Source: Chiloscyllium plagiosum (taxonomy: Eukaryota). From it: a stretch of DNA of 37,721 bases. A program made the translations under genes and the position numbers. Below, one piece after another: positions 24,008 to 35,727 of this stretch. The notes under the pieces are model-generated. The model had not been told where the DNA came from, did no database searches, and saw only the letters and a list, made by a program, of their open reading frames with translations. Position 1 is the stretch's first letter, and each line of letters begins with the position of its first letter. The DNA lies in the NCBI RefSeq assembly GCF_004010195.1, contig NC_057750.1, forward strand, positions 19,601,366 through 19,639,086, written 5' to 3'.

Positions 24008-24052
24008 TGGGCACATGGTGACTCAGTGGTTAGCACTGCTGCCTCACAGTCC
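24008..24052 (+). mobile_element. 5' part (box A) of an HE1 SINE split by a LINE
   Basis: GGCACATGGTGACTCAGTGGTTAGCACTGCTGCCTCACAG; the remainder resumes at 28024. Confidence 0.85.
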
Positions 24053-27000
24053 TTTTTTGCAGCAGAGAGTGGCGGGAGCTGGGCTGAAGTGATGTCAGAG
24101 TGCAAAGCTGGTCGGGAAGGTAAGTGATTGTTATTTGAGTGGAGAAGGAACCCGAGACACTACATGTGTAGTGTCTCCCACCCTCCCTCCTCCTCTAACC
24201 TAAAAAAAACAAGGACTCCGTCGGCTGAACAGGTAAGCTACTTAGTGTTCTTGTTTTGGAGACGAAGTGTAGAGTTATGGCAGTGCAGGCAGTGGAATGT
24301 TCCTCCTACAGGATGTTTGAGGTAGGGGTGACCACCGATGCTCCTGCCGACTTCATCTGCAGGAAGTGCAGCCAGCTCCAGCTCCTCACAGACAGCGTTA
24401 GGGAACTGGAGCTGGAGTTGGATGAACTGAGAATTATTCGAGTGGCTGAGAGGGTGATAGATAGAAGCTACAGGGACATAGTTACGCCAGAGAACAGAGG
24501 TAGCTGGGTAACAGTTAGAGGTGGGAAGGGGAGGAAGCAGGCAGTGCAGGGATCCCCTGTGGTCGTTCCCCTCAACAATAAGTATACTGCTTTGGATACT
24601 GTTGGGGGGGGACGGTCTAGCAGGGGTAAGCTGCAGTGACCGGGTCTCTGGCACGAGGTCCGGCTCTGAGGCTCAGAAGGGAAAGGGGGCGAGGAGGAGA
24701 GCGCTAGTTATAGGGGACCCTATAGTTCGAGGGACAGACAGGCGGTTCTGTGGACATGGGCGAGAGTCTCGGTTGGTTTGTTGCCTCCCGGGTGTCAGGG
24801 TCCGAGACGTCTCGGACCGTGTCTTCAGAATCCTTAAGGGGGAGGGTGTGCAGCCAGAAGTCGTGGTGCACATTGGCACCAACGACCTAGGTAGGAAGAG
24901 GGGTGGGAGGTCATTCAGGAGCTCAGGAAGTTAGGCTGGAAGCTGAAAGCTAGGACGGACAGAGTCGTCATCTCTGGGTTTTTGCCGGTGCCACCTGACA
25001 GTGAGGCAAGGAATAGGGAGAGAGTGCATTGAACACGTGGCTGCAAGAATGGTGTAGGAGGGAGGGCTTCAGGTATTTGGACAATTGGACTGCATTCTGG
25101 GGAAGGTGGGACCTGTACTAGCAGGACAGGTTGCACCTGAACCAGAAGGGCACCAATATCCTGGGAGGTAGGTTTGCTAGCACTCTTTGGGGGGTTTAAA
25201 CTAATTTGGCAGGAGGATGGGATCCAGACTTGTAGTCCAGCAAGTAGGTTAGTTGTTTTTCAGGATGTCCAAGAATGTCGGGAGGCTGTGGGGAAGGTAG
25301 CACTGACAGGGAATACTTGCGGACACAGAGATGGGTTCAAGTGTGTATACTTCAACGTAAGGAGTATCAGAAATAAGGTGGGTGAACTTAAGGCGTGGAT
25401 TGGTACTCAGACTACGATGTTGTGGCCATCACAGAAACATGGATAGAAGAGGGACAGGAATGGTTGTTGGAGGTTCCTGGTTACAAATGTTTCAGTAAGA
25501 TTAGGGGGGGTGGTAAAAAAGGAGGGGGTGTGGCGTTGCTAATTAGAAATGGTATAATGGCTGCAGAAAGGCAGTTCGAGGGGGATCTGCCTTTGGAGGT
25601 AGTATGGGCTGAAGTCAGAAATAGGAAAGGAGCAGTCACCTTGTTGGGTGTTTACTATAGGTTCCCCAATAGCAGCAGAGATGTAGAGAAACAGATTGGG
25701 AAACAGATTTTGGAAAGGTCCAGAAGCCACAGGGTAGTAGTCATGGGCGATTTCAACTTCCCAAATATTGATTGGAAGCTCTTTAGATCAAGTAGATTGG
25801 ATGGGGCAGTGTTTGTGCAGTGTGTCCAGGAAGCTTTTCTAACTCAGTATGTAGATTGTCCACCAGAGGGGAGGCCATATTGGATTTGGTACTCGATAAC
25901 GAACCCGGACAAGTGATGGGCTTGTTAGTGGGTGAGCATTTTGGTGATGGTGACCACAATTCTGTGACTTTCACCTTGGTTATGGAGAGAGATAGGTGCG
26001 TGCAACAGGGCAGGTTTTACAATTGGGGGAAGGGTAAATACGATGCTACAAGACAGGATCTGAGGAGCATAACTTGGGAGCATTGGCTGTCAGGGAAGAA
26101 TGTCATTGAAATGTGGAACTTTTTCAAGGAACAGATATGACGTGTCCTTGATATGTATGTACCTGTCAGGCAGGAAAGAGATGGTCGTGTGAGGGAACCT
26201 TGGTTGACAAGGGAGGTTGAATGTCTTGTAAAGAGGAAGAAGGAGGCTTACATAAGGTTGAGGAAACAAGGTTCAGACAGAGCGTTGGAGGGATACAGGA
26301 TAGCCAGGAGGGAGCTGAAGAAATGGATTAGGAGAACTAAGAGAGGACATGAAAAATCTTTGGCGGGTAGGATCAAGGATAACCCCAAGGCCTTTAATGC
26401 GTATGTGAGAAACATGAGAACGACGAGAACGAGGGTAGATCCGATCAAGGACAATAGTGGGAGACTGTGTATTGAGTCGGAAGAGTTAGGAGAGGTCTTG
26501 AATGAGTACTTTTCTTTAGTATTTACAAATGAGAGAGACCGTATTGTTGAAGAGGAGAGTATGAAACTGACTGGTAAGCTAGAGGAGATACTTGTTAGGA
26601 AGGAAGATGTGTTGGGCATTTTGAAAAACTTGAGGATAGACAAGTCCCCCGGGCCTGATGGGATATATCCTAGGATTATGTGGGAAGCAAGAGAGGAAAT
26701 TGCAGAGCCGTTGGCAATGATCTTTGCGTCCTCACTGTCAATGGGGGTGGTACCAGGGGACTGGAGAGTGGCGAATGTTGTGCCCCTGTTCAAAAAAGGG
26801 AATAGGGATAACCCCAGGAATTACAGGCCGGTTAGTCTTACTTCGGTGGTAGGCAAAGTAATTGAAAGGGGACTGAGGGATAGGATTTATGAGTATCTGG
26901 AAAGACACTGCTTGATTAAGGATAGCCAGCACGGATTTGTGAGGGGTAGGTCTTGCCTTACAAGTCTTATTGAATACTTTGAGGAGGTGACCAAGCATGT

Positions 27001-28020
27001 GGATGAGGGTAGAGCAGTGGATGTAGTGTACATGGATTTTAGTAAGGCATTTGATAAGGTTCCCCATGGGAGGCTTATGCGGAAAGTCAGGAGGCATGGG
27101 ATAGAGGGAAATCTGGCCAGTTGGATAGAGAACTGGCTAACCGGTCGAAGTCAGAGAGTGGTGGTAGATGGTAAATATTCAGCCTGGAGCCCAGTTACAA
27201 GTGGAGTTACGCAGGACTCAGTTCTGGGTCCTCTTCTGTTTTTAATTTTTAATAATGACTTGGAAGAGGGAGTCGAAGGGTGGGTCAGTAAATTTGTAGA
27301 TGATACGAAGATTGGAGGAGTTGTGGATAATGAGAAGGGCTGTTGTCAGCTGCAAAGGGACTTAGATATGGGCTGAGGAGTGCCAGATGGAGTTCAACCC
27401 TGTCAAGTGTGAGGTTGTCCATTTTGGAAGGACAAATAAGAATGCGGAATACAGGGTGAACGGGAGGGTTCTTAGTAAGGTGGAGGAACAGAGGGATCTT
27501 GGGGTCTATGTTCATAGATCTTTGAAAGTTGCCACTCAGGTGGATAGAGCTTGGTGTATTAGCGTTCATTAGCAGAGGGATTGAATCAAGAGTCGTGAAG
27601 TGATGTTGCAACTCTACAGGACCTTAGTTAGGCCACATTTGGAGTACTGTGTGCAGTTCTGATCGCCTCATTTTAGGAAAGATGTGAGACTTGATAGAGG
27701 TTTATAAGATGATCAGGGGAATAGATAGAGTAGACAGTCAGAGACGTTTTCCTGGGTACAACAGAGTGTTACAAGGGGACATAAATTTAAGGCGAAGGGT
27801 GGAAGGTATAGGGGGGATTGCCGGGTGTAGGTTCTTTACCCAGAGAGTGGTGGGGGCATGGAATGCGCTGTCTGTGGGAGTGGCAGAGTCAGAATCATTG
27901 GTGACCTTTAAGCGGCAATTGGATAGGTACATGGATAGGTGTTTAAGCTAGGACAAATGTTCGGCACAACATCGTGGGCCGAAGGGCCTGTTCTGTGCTG
28001 TATTGTTCTATGTTCTATGA
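24053..28020 (+). mobile_element. Near-full-length CR1 LINE (ORF1 Zn-finger/coiled-coil/SGNH esterase; ORF2 APE endonuclease plus RT), inactivated
   Basis: ORF1 from ATG 24277 (CSS..ICRKC, LVIGDPIVRG, VHIGTND, DRLHLN); ORF2 from ~25340 (FNVRS, ITETW, MGDFNFP, DH, DFSKAFDKVPH, FVDD); frameshifts and an internal deletion near 27690; (TTCTATG)n tail. Confidence 0.97.
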
Positions 28021-28023
28021 TCT

Positions 28024-28292
28024 AGTCCCGGGTTCAATTCCAGCCTCGGGCGACTGTCTGTGTGGAATTTGCACAATCTTTGGGTTTCCTCCCACAATCC
28101 AAAGATGTACAGGTTAGGTGAATTGGTCATGCTAAAATTGCCCACAGTGTTCAGGGATGTGTAGGTTAGGTGCATTAGTCAGGGTAAATGTAGAGCAATA
28201 GGGTAGGGGAATGGGTCTGGGTAGGTTACTCTTCCGAGGGTCAGTGTGGATTTGTTGAGCTGAAGGGCCTGTTTCCACACTGTAGGGATTCA
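28024..28292 (+). mobile_element. 3' part of the split HE1 SINE
   Basis: CCCGGGTTCAATTCC box B followed by the HE1 body and tail. Confidence 0.88.
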
Positions 28293-28499
28293 TGTTAAGA
28301 TGGTGCTGTGTGCAAGTGTACACTTCTGCACTCTTCTCTGTGCTCGAGTAGATACAACAATAATGCTTAATCAACCAAATAAATCAATGCAAAACAACTG
28401 ACTAAGTGCTACATTGTTGCAAACAGTGAGAGTTGAACAGTAGGCGTGTTGCACAAGGTGGGCCAAAGGTGTTGCCATGACCCAGTGACATATAGACAC

Positions 28500-28645
28500 A
28501 TTACCCTCGCTGCTTTCAGATGGTGCAGTAGACTGTCAATACAGACCTCCTTCTATGGAGTCTCCCTTCGGGCCAACTCGTGATGCCTGATGGTGTAACA
28601 ATTAACTTTGGATCGATGCACAGAAACCAGGTAAACCTTACAGAT
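28500..28645 (-). pseudogene. Putative paramyxovirus M-like relic, copy 2
   Basis: Clear nucleotide homology to 22667-22788; reads VYLVSVHR/PKLIVTPSGITSWPEGRLHRRRSVLTV. Confidence 0.4.
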
Positions 28646-28664
28646 GAAATAATGCAGGATGCAT

Positions 28665-31600
28665 CATAGAGTCATAGAGATGTACAGCTTGGAAACAGAA
28701 TCTTCAGTCCAAACCGTCCATGCCGACCAGATATCCCAACCAAATCTAGTCCCACCTGCCAGCACCCGGCCCATATTCCTCCAAACCCTTCCTATTCATA
28801 TACCCATCCAAATGCCTCTTAAATGTTGCAATTTTACCAGCCGCCACCACTTCCTTTGGCAGCTCATTCCATACATGTACCACCCTCTGCATGAAAGAGT
28901 TGCCCCTTAGGTCTATTTTATATTCTTTCCCCTCTCACCCTAAATTTATGCCCTCTAGTTCTGGACTCCCCGACCCCAGGGAAAAAGACTTTGCCTATTT
29001 ACCCAATCCATGCCCCTCATAATTTTTTAAACCTCTATATGGTAACCCCTCAGCCTCCGACGCCTGTTCAACCTCTCCCTCTAGCTCAAATCATCCAATC
29101 CTGGCAACATCCCTGTAAATCATTTCTGAACCCTTTCAAGTTTCACAGCATCTTTCCGATAGGAAGGAGACCAGAATTGCATGCAATATTCTAACAGTGG
29201 CCTAACCAATGTCCTGTACAGCCGCAACATGACCTCCCAACGCCTGTACTCAATACTCTTACCAATAAAGGAAAGCATACCAAACATCTTCTTCACTATC
29301 CTATCTACCTGTGACTCCACTTTCAAGGAGCTGTGAACCTGCACTCCAAGGTCTCTTTGTTCANNNNNNNNNNNNNNNNNNNNNNNNNNNNNNNNNNNNN
29401 NNNNNNNNNNNNNNNNNNNNNNNNNNNNNNNNNNNNNNNNNNNNNNNNNNNNNNNNNNNNNNNNNNNNNNNNNNNNNNNNNNNNNNNNNNNNNNNNNNNN
29501 NNNNNNNNNNNNNNNNNNNNNNNNNNNNNNNNNNNNNNNNNNNNNNNNNNNNNNNNNNNNNNNNNNNNNNNNNNNNNNNNNNNNNNNNNNNNNNNNNNNN
29601 NNNNNNNNNNNNNNNNNNNNNNNNNNNNNNNNNNNNNNNNNNNNNNNNNNNNNNNNNNNNNNNNNNNNNNNNNNNNNNNNNNNNNNNNNNNNNNNNNNNN
29701 NNNNNNNNNNNNNNNNNNNNNNNNNNNNNNNNNNNNNNNNNNNNNNNNNNNNNNNNNNNNNNNNNNNNNNNNNNNNNNNNNNNNNNNNNNNNNNNNNNNN
29801 NNNNNNNNNNNNNNNNNNNNNNNNNNNNNNNNNNNNNNNNNNNNNNNNNNNNNNNNNNNNNNNNNNNNNNNNNNNNNNNNNNNNNNNNNNNNNNNNNNNN
29901 NNNNNNNNNNNNNNNNNNNNNNNNNNNNNNNNNNNNNNNNNNNNNNNNNNNNNNNNNNNNNNNNNNNNNNNNNNNNNNNNNNNNNNNNNNNNNNNNNNNN
30001 NNNNNNNNNNNNNNNNNNNNNNNNNNNNNNNNNNGAACGCCTTACTGAAGTCCATATAGATCACATCTACAGCTCTGCCCTCATCAATCCTCTTTGTTAC
30101 TTCTTCAAAAAACTCAATCAAGTTTGTGAGACATGATTTCCCACGCACAAAACCATGTTGACTATCCCGAATCAGTCCTTGCCTTTCCAAATACATGTAC
30201 ATCCTATCCCTCAGGACTCCCTCGAACAACTTGCCCACCACCGAGGTCAGGCTCACCGGTCTATAGTTCCTGGCTTGTCTTTACCACCCTTCTTAAACAG
30301 TGGCACCACGTTTGCCAACCTCCAGTTTTCCGGCACTTCACCCGTGACTATCGATGATACAAATATCTCAGCAAGAGGCCCAGCAATCACTTCTCTAGCT
30401 TCCCAAAGAGTTCTCAGTTACACCTGATTAGATCCTGGGGATTTATCCACCTTTACCCATTTCAAGATATCCAGCATTTCCTCCTCTGTAATCTGGACAT
30501 TTTGCGAGATGTCACCATCTATTTCCCTACAGTCTATATCTTCCATATCCTTTTCCACAATAAATACTGATGCAAAATATTCATTTAGTATCTCCCCCAT
30601 TTTCTGCGGCTCCACACAAATTATGCCTTGTTGATCTTTGAGGGGCCCTATTCTCTCCTGAGTTACCCTTTTGTCTTTAATGTATTTGTGAAAACCCGTT
30701 GGATTCTCCTTAATTCTATTTGCCAAAGCTATCTCATGTCCCCTTTTTGCCCTCTTGATTTCCCTCTTAAGTATACTCCTACTCCCTTTGTACTCTTCTA
30801 AAGATTCACGAGATCTATCTTGTCTATAACTTGCATATGCTTCCTTCTTTTTCTTAGCCAAACCCTGAATTCCTTTAGTCATCCAGGATTCTCTGTACCT
30901 ACCAGCCTTTCCTTTCACCCTGACAGGAATGTACTTTTTCTGGATTCTCGCTATCTCATGTCTAAGGCTTCCCATTTTCCAGTCATCCCTTTATCTGCTA
31001 ACATCTGCCTCTAATTAGTTTTCAAAAGTTCTTGCCTAACACCATCAAAATTGGCCGTTCTCCAATTTAGAACTTCAACTTTTAGATCTGGTCTATCCTT
31101 TTCCATCACTATTCTAAAACTAATAGAATTATGGTCGCTGGCCCCAAAGTGCTCCCCCACTGACACCTCAGTCACCTGCCCTGTCTTATTTCCCAAGAGT
31201 AGATCAAGTTTTGCATCTTTTCTAGTAGGTACATCCACATACTGAATCAAAAATTGTCTTGTCCACACTTAACAAATTCCTTTCCATCTGAAACTTTAAC
31301 ACCATGGCAGTCCCAGTCTATGTTTGGAAAGTTAAAATTCCCTACCATAACCACCCTATCATTCTTACAGATAGCTGAGACCTCCTTACACGTTTGTTTC
31401 TCAGTTTCCCTCTGACTATTAGGGGGTGTATAAGACAATCCCAATAAGGTGATCATCCCTTTCTTATTTCTCACTTCCACCCAAATAATTTCCCTGGATG
31501 TATTTCTGGGAATATTCCCCCTTCTCTTTTGCTTCCCTTTCTACCCTTCCTGTAGCATTTGTATCCTGGAACATTAAGCTGCCAGTCCTGCCCATCACTG

Positions 31601-33265
31601 CGCCATGTTTCTGTAATTGCTATGATATCCCAGTCCCACGTTCTTAACCATGCCCTGAATACATTTGCCTTCCCTGTTCGGCCCCTTGCATTGGAATAAA
31701 TGCAGTTTAATTTATTAGTCCTACCTTGTCCCTGCCTGCCTTGACTGTTTGACTTGCTTCTGTTCTCAACTGTTCCAGTCTCAGATTGATCTCTGTCCTC
31801 ACTATCTCCCTGGGTCCCACCCAACCCCCACCCACCCCCCATCTTACTACTTTAAATCCTCCCGAGCGGTTCTAGCAAATTACCCTGCCAGTATATTAGT
31901 CCCCGTCCAATTTAGGTGCAATCCGTCCTTCTTGTACACGTCACTTCTACCCCAAAAGAGATTCTAATGATCCAGAAATGTGAGTCCTTCTCCCATACAC
32001 CAGCTCCTCAGCCCTGCATTCATCTGCTCTATCCTCCTATTCCTGCCCTCACTAGCTCGTAGCACTGGGACTAATCCAGACATTACTACCCTTGAGGACC
32101 TCCTTTTTAAATTCCTGCCTAACTCTCTGTAATCTCCCTTCAGAATCTCAACCTTTTTCCTTCCTTTATCATTGGTTCCAATGTGGGCAATGACCTCTTG
32201 CTGGCCCCTCTCACCCGTGAGAACATTCTGCACCCTTCTGAGACATCCTTGATCCTGGCACCAGGGAAGCAACACACCATTCTGCTTTTTCGCTGCTGGC
32301 CACAGAAACGTCTGTCTGTACCTCAGATTACAGAATCCCCTAACACAATTGATCTCTTGGAAGCCGACGTACCCCTTGTTGTATAGGGCCAGTCTCAATT
32401 CCAGAAACTTGGCTGTTCGTGCTACATTCCCCTGAGCATCCATCACCCCCTACATTTTCCAAAACAGCATGCTTGTTTGAAATGGGTATATCCACAAAAG
32501 ACTCCTGCCCTAGGTGCCTACCTCTCTTACGTTTCCTGGAGTTAACCCATCTATGTGACTGTATCTGAGACTTTCCCCCGCTTCCTATAACTGCCATCGA
32601 TCATACTGTTGCTGCTGCAAATTCCTCATCGCTTCTGTCTCTCCAACCGATTTGTTCGATCTGATAAGATGTGCATCCAACAGTATTTATGGCATATATA
32701 ATCTGCAGTAACCTTTAAACTCTCTTTAAATTGCCACATCTGACAAGAAGTATATATCACTGTATTAAAGGCCATTGTTGCTCCTTCACAATCTACAGAC
32801 CCAGAAAATAACACCGTCTTATTCCTCTACAAAACACTGCCCCAGGTTAAATTAATAGCTATGACTTATATTTTAAGTTTAATCAAGAGACATATCTCCA
32901 AAAACATATAATCAAGAAAGAACCCACTCTACTCACTACTGCAGTCTGTCTACTGGACACACTTAAAACAACGATTAACTTATCTGATTCTGTGTTGTGA
33001 ACTTCGCCCAGACAGGTTCCTCCAAGATTAGTTGTGAATTTCACTGTTCGTTAATTTTCCCAGAGGCACTCTGATGTCCAGCAATACATGAATTCAAAAT
33101 AGCAAAGGCAGTAACTGTACAGGTCCGCTCGCTCTCGCTCTCTGTCCTGCACTGTCCCCACTGTGTGCTTCCCTTGTCCCTTTTAAAACTGCTGTTGTTT
33201 TGACTTGTTTTCCCAAAGTTCCAAAACAATGCAACAGCACATAAAACAGTAATTGCTGCTCCTGG
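28665..33265 (-). mobile_element. Near-full-length HER1-like CR1 LINE, inactivated, spanning an N gap
   Basis: ORF1 from ~32775 (YICHKYC, AHIGTND), APE from ~31710 (YSNARG, ITETW, GNFNFP, SDHN), RT, GACTCTAT-type tail at 28665. Confidence 0.96.
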
Positions 33266-33629
33266 ACCTAAATGCTATTGTCACCCAAAATGCACTCAAT
33301 AGATTTTCTTTCCGTTATGCTTCCCACTGTGTTGCTATGCATTTCCAGGTTCTACAGCTGGGATGGAGGGAGCCTGCTCAGTAGTCGAGCCTGTTGACAC
33401 TGGAGGTTTGACCGGGAGACCCCGGGAGCATTTTGGTGTGCTGGACATGCCAAAGGTCTTCTTCGAATTGAGTAGACCCTCTTCAGTGTGAATAATCAAG
33501 GTCAGAAAGGAGCAAGTAGGGTCGAGGTGGACATAGAGGGCTTGACCACCATTGTGCAGTGTGGAAAGGAACCTGAATATGGTTGACTCCATCGCTGAGT
33601 GCCTCCTGACACTGCCCTGTCTCCTTCCT

Positions 33630-34100
33630 CTTTTTTAATTCATTCAAGGGGTGAGGATATCACTGGCTAGGCCAGCGTTTGTTACCCATCCCTAATTGCC
33701 TAGCCTGGAGTCACATGCCAGATCAAATAAGGATGGCAGTTTTTTTTTCCCCTAAAGGACAAGTGAACCAGATGGGTTTTTCTGACAATTGGCAGGCAAT
33801 ATTTTAGGGACTGGGGTTTGAATCCAGCCATGGAAGATGTTGGAATTTGAATTCAAAAAAAGAATCTGTGAATTAAATGTTTAATGATGACCATGAGTCC
33901 ATTTTCTGGAAAAAAAAACACCTGGTTCACTAATGCCCTTCACAGGTGGAAACTTACATCCACACTTGGTCTGGCCTACATTGGACTCCAGGCCCACAGA
34001 AATGTTGTTGACTCTTAACTGCCCTCTGAACAATTAGGAACGGGAAATAAATGCTGTCCCCACCAGTGAAGCCCTCTTCCTGTGAATGAATGTTAAAAAG
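33630..34100. mobile_element. Two copies of the second SINE family in opposite orientation (33630-33790 minus, 33805-34100 plus)
   Basis: Tails point outward (TTTTTTAATTCATTCA at left, GTGAATGAATG..AAAAA at right). Confidence 0.75.
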
Positions 34101-34419
34101 GAAAGTGGTTTTGCGAATGCTTCCTTTGAGGCCTCAGTACCCTTATTCTCAGAGGTCAAGGACATGGTATCTGGGGGAGTCAGGCATTTCTCTGCAGACA
34201 TTACAAAGAGTCTGGTTGTACTGCAACACAGAAGAGGAAGAAGACATTGTGGCCAGTGGTTAGAATTGCAGTGGGAATGACAATTCATACTTACTCAGTT
34301 GACCGGACATGGTTTTCTCCCACAGGGATGCAGTCTGGAGGCCGTTCAAAGATGGCATAGATGGAAGGGATGGTGGTCTTTAGGTAGATATCTACAGAGT
34401 GGCATTCTGTTCGGAGTGT

Positions 34420-34806
34420 CATCTGTGACCTGTGATATTCTGCAGGGATGATTGTTGGGACTATTATTGTTAATATATATATCAATGATGTGGAGGAGAT
34501 TGTAGGTAGCCAGATGAGTACGTTTGTGGATGATACAAAGATTGGGGAAGTTGTGGATAGTGAGGAGGGTTGCTAGAGGATACAACAGGATATGGAGACT
34601 TGGGAGGAGAAATGGCAGAATGCATTTAATCCGGACAACTGCAAGAATGTTGAAAGATTTAATACAGGAAGGAAGTATCCATTAAATGGCAGAACACTAA
34701 GTAACATCAACTGCAGAGGGAAGTTTTAACATAGCGATTAATGTAGTCAAGAAGGCATATGACATGCTTATCCTCATAGGTAAGTTATAAAAATAGTCAA
34801 GTTATG
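34420..34806 (+). mobile_element. Decayed CR1 RT fragment
   Basis: YINDVEE..FVDDTKIGEVVDSEEG..WEEKWQ. Confidence 0.85.
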
Positions 34807-34935
34807 TATTGTGGACCAGACCAAACCACTTCAAAATAAATAAGAAGTTGGACTAGGCACCATCTATTTCTTAGTTTAAAAGAAAGTGAAAGGCATTGTG
34901 TTCTGAATGCAATTCTGTAATGATACTATGTATTT

Positions 34936-35248
34936 AGATTAGATTACATTACAGCGTGGAAACAGGCCCTTCAGCCCAACAAGTCCACACCGATCCGCCG
35001 AAGCGCAACCCACCCATACCTCTACATTTACCCCTTACCTAACACTACGGGCAATTTAGCATGGCCACTTCACCTGACCTGCACATCTTCGGACTGTGGG
35101 AGGAAACCGGAGCACCCGGAGGAAACCCACGCAGACACGGGGAGAACGTGCAAACTCCACACCGTCAGTCACCTGAGGCGGGAATTGTACCCGGGTCTTA
35201 GGCACTGTGAGGCAGCAGTGCTAACCACTGTGCCACCGTGCCACCCAC
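34936..35248 (-). mobile_element. HE1-type SINE with 11-bp TSD
   Basis: ACTATGTATTT at 34925-34935 and 35249-35259. Confidence 0.95.
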
Positions 35249-35526
35249 ACTATGTATTTTGTCCTGGTTTTTTTTAAGAGAGCTTTTAAGGCAGAGGTGC
35301 CATGCTGTTTATTGAAAACTTGTAAAATAAGGCCTTGGGTTTAGTTTTTAAAGTTAAAATAATAAAAGCAGCCTGAATGGGTGTGGCCGGCTCCCACAGA
35401 GCCAGGATTTTTAGTTTTTTTAGATTTTCAGTAGCAGCAGTTGTTGCTGGGATTTGGAACCTGTAGTACATCCCACCCTGCTACACTCTCGGTGTTTTCT
35501 TGCTGCTGGAGTTGCATGTGAGACAA

Positions 35527-35727
35527 ATACTAAATAAAAACTAAAAGAACTGCAGATGCTGTAAATCAGAAACAAAAATGGAAATTACTGGGAAAGCTCA
35601 ATGATGATCCTAGGTGGATTCAAAGCACAAAAGATGAAATTTGAGTTGGAATCCATGAAGGATCATACTTGAGTTGGAATCCCAACTTTTAAGCTTTTCC
35701 AGCAATTTGTGTTTTTGTTTGTCTCAC
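35527..35727. mobile_element. Small foldback insertion resembling Penelope pLTR tails
   Basis: AAACAAAAATGGAAATTACTGGGAAAGCT ... AGCTTTTCCAGCAATTTGTGTTTTTGTTT inverted arms; GTGAGACAA direct repeat on both sides. Confidence 0.6.

Noticed and set aside
26153..27376. 407-aa ORF as a host gene
   Set aside because: It is the RT part of a frameshifted CR1 ORF2.
28520..28630. Plus-strand coding exon (TTTCAG...CAG|GTAAAC)
   Set aside because: All three frames contain stops between the putative splice sites.
29120..30256. Long ORFs of 245-378 aa
   Set aside because: Artefacts of reading through the N gap inside a CR1.
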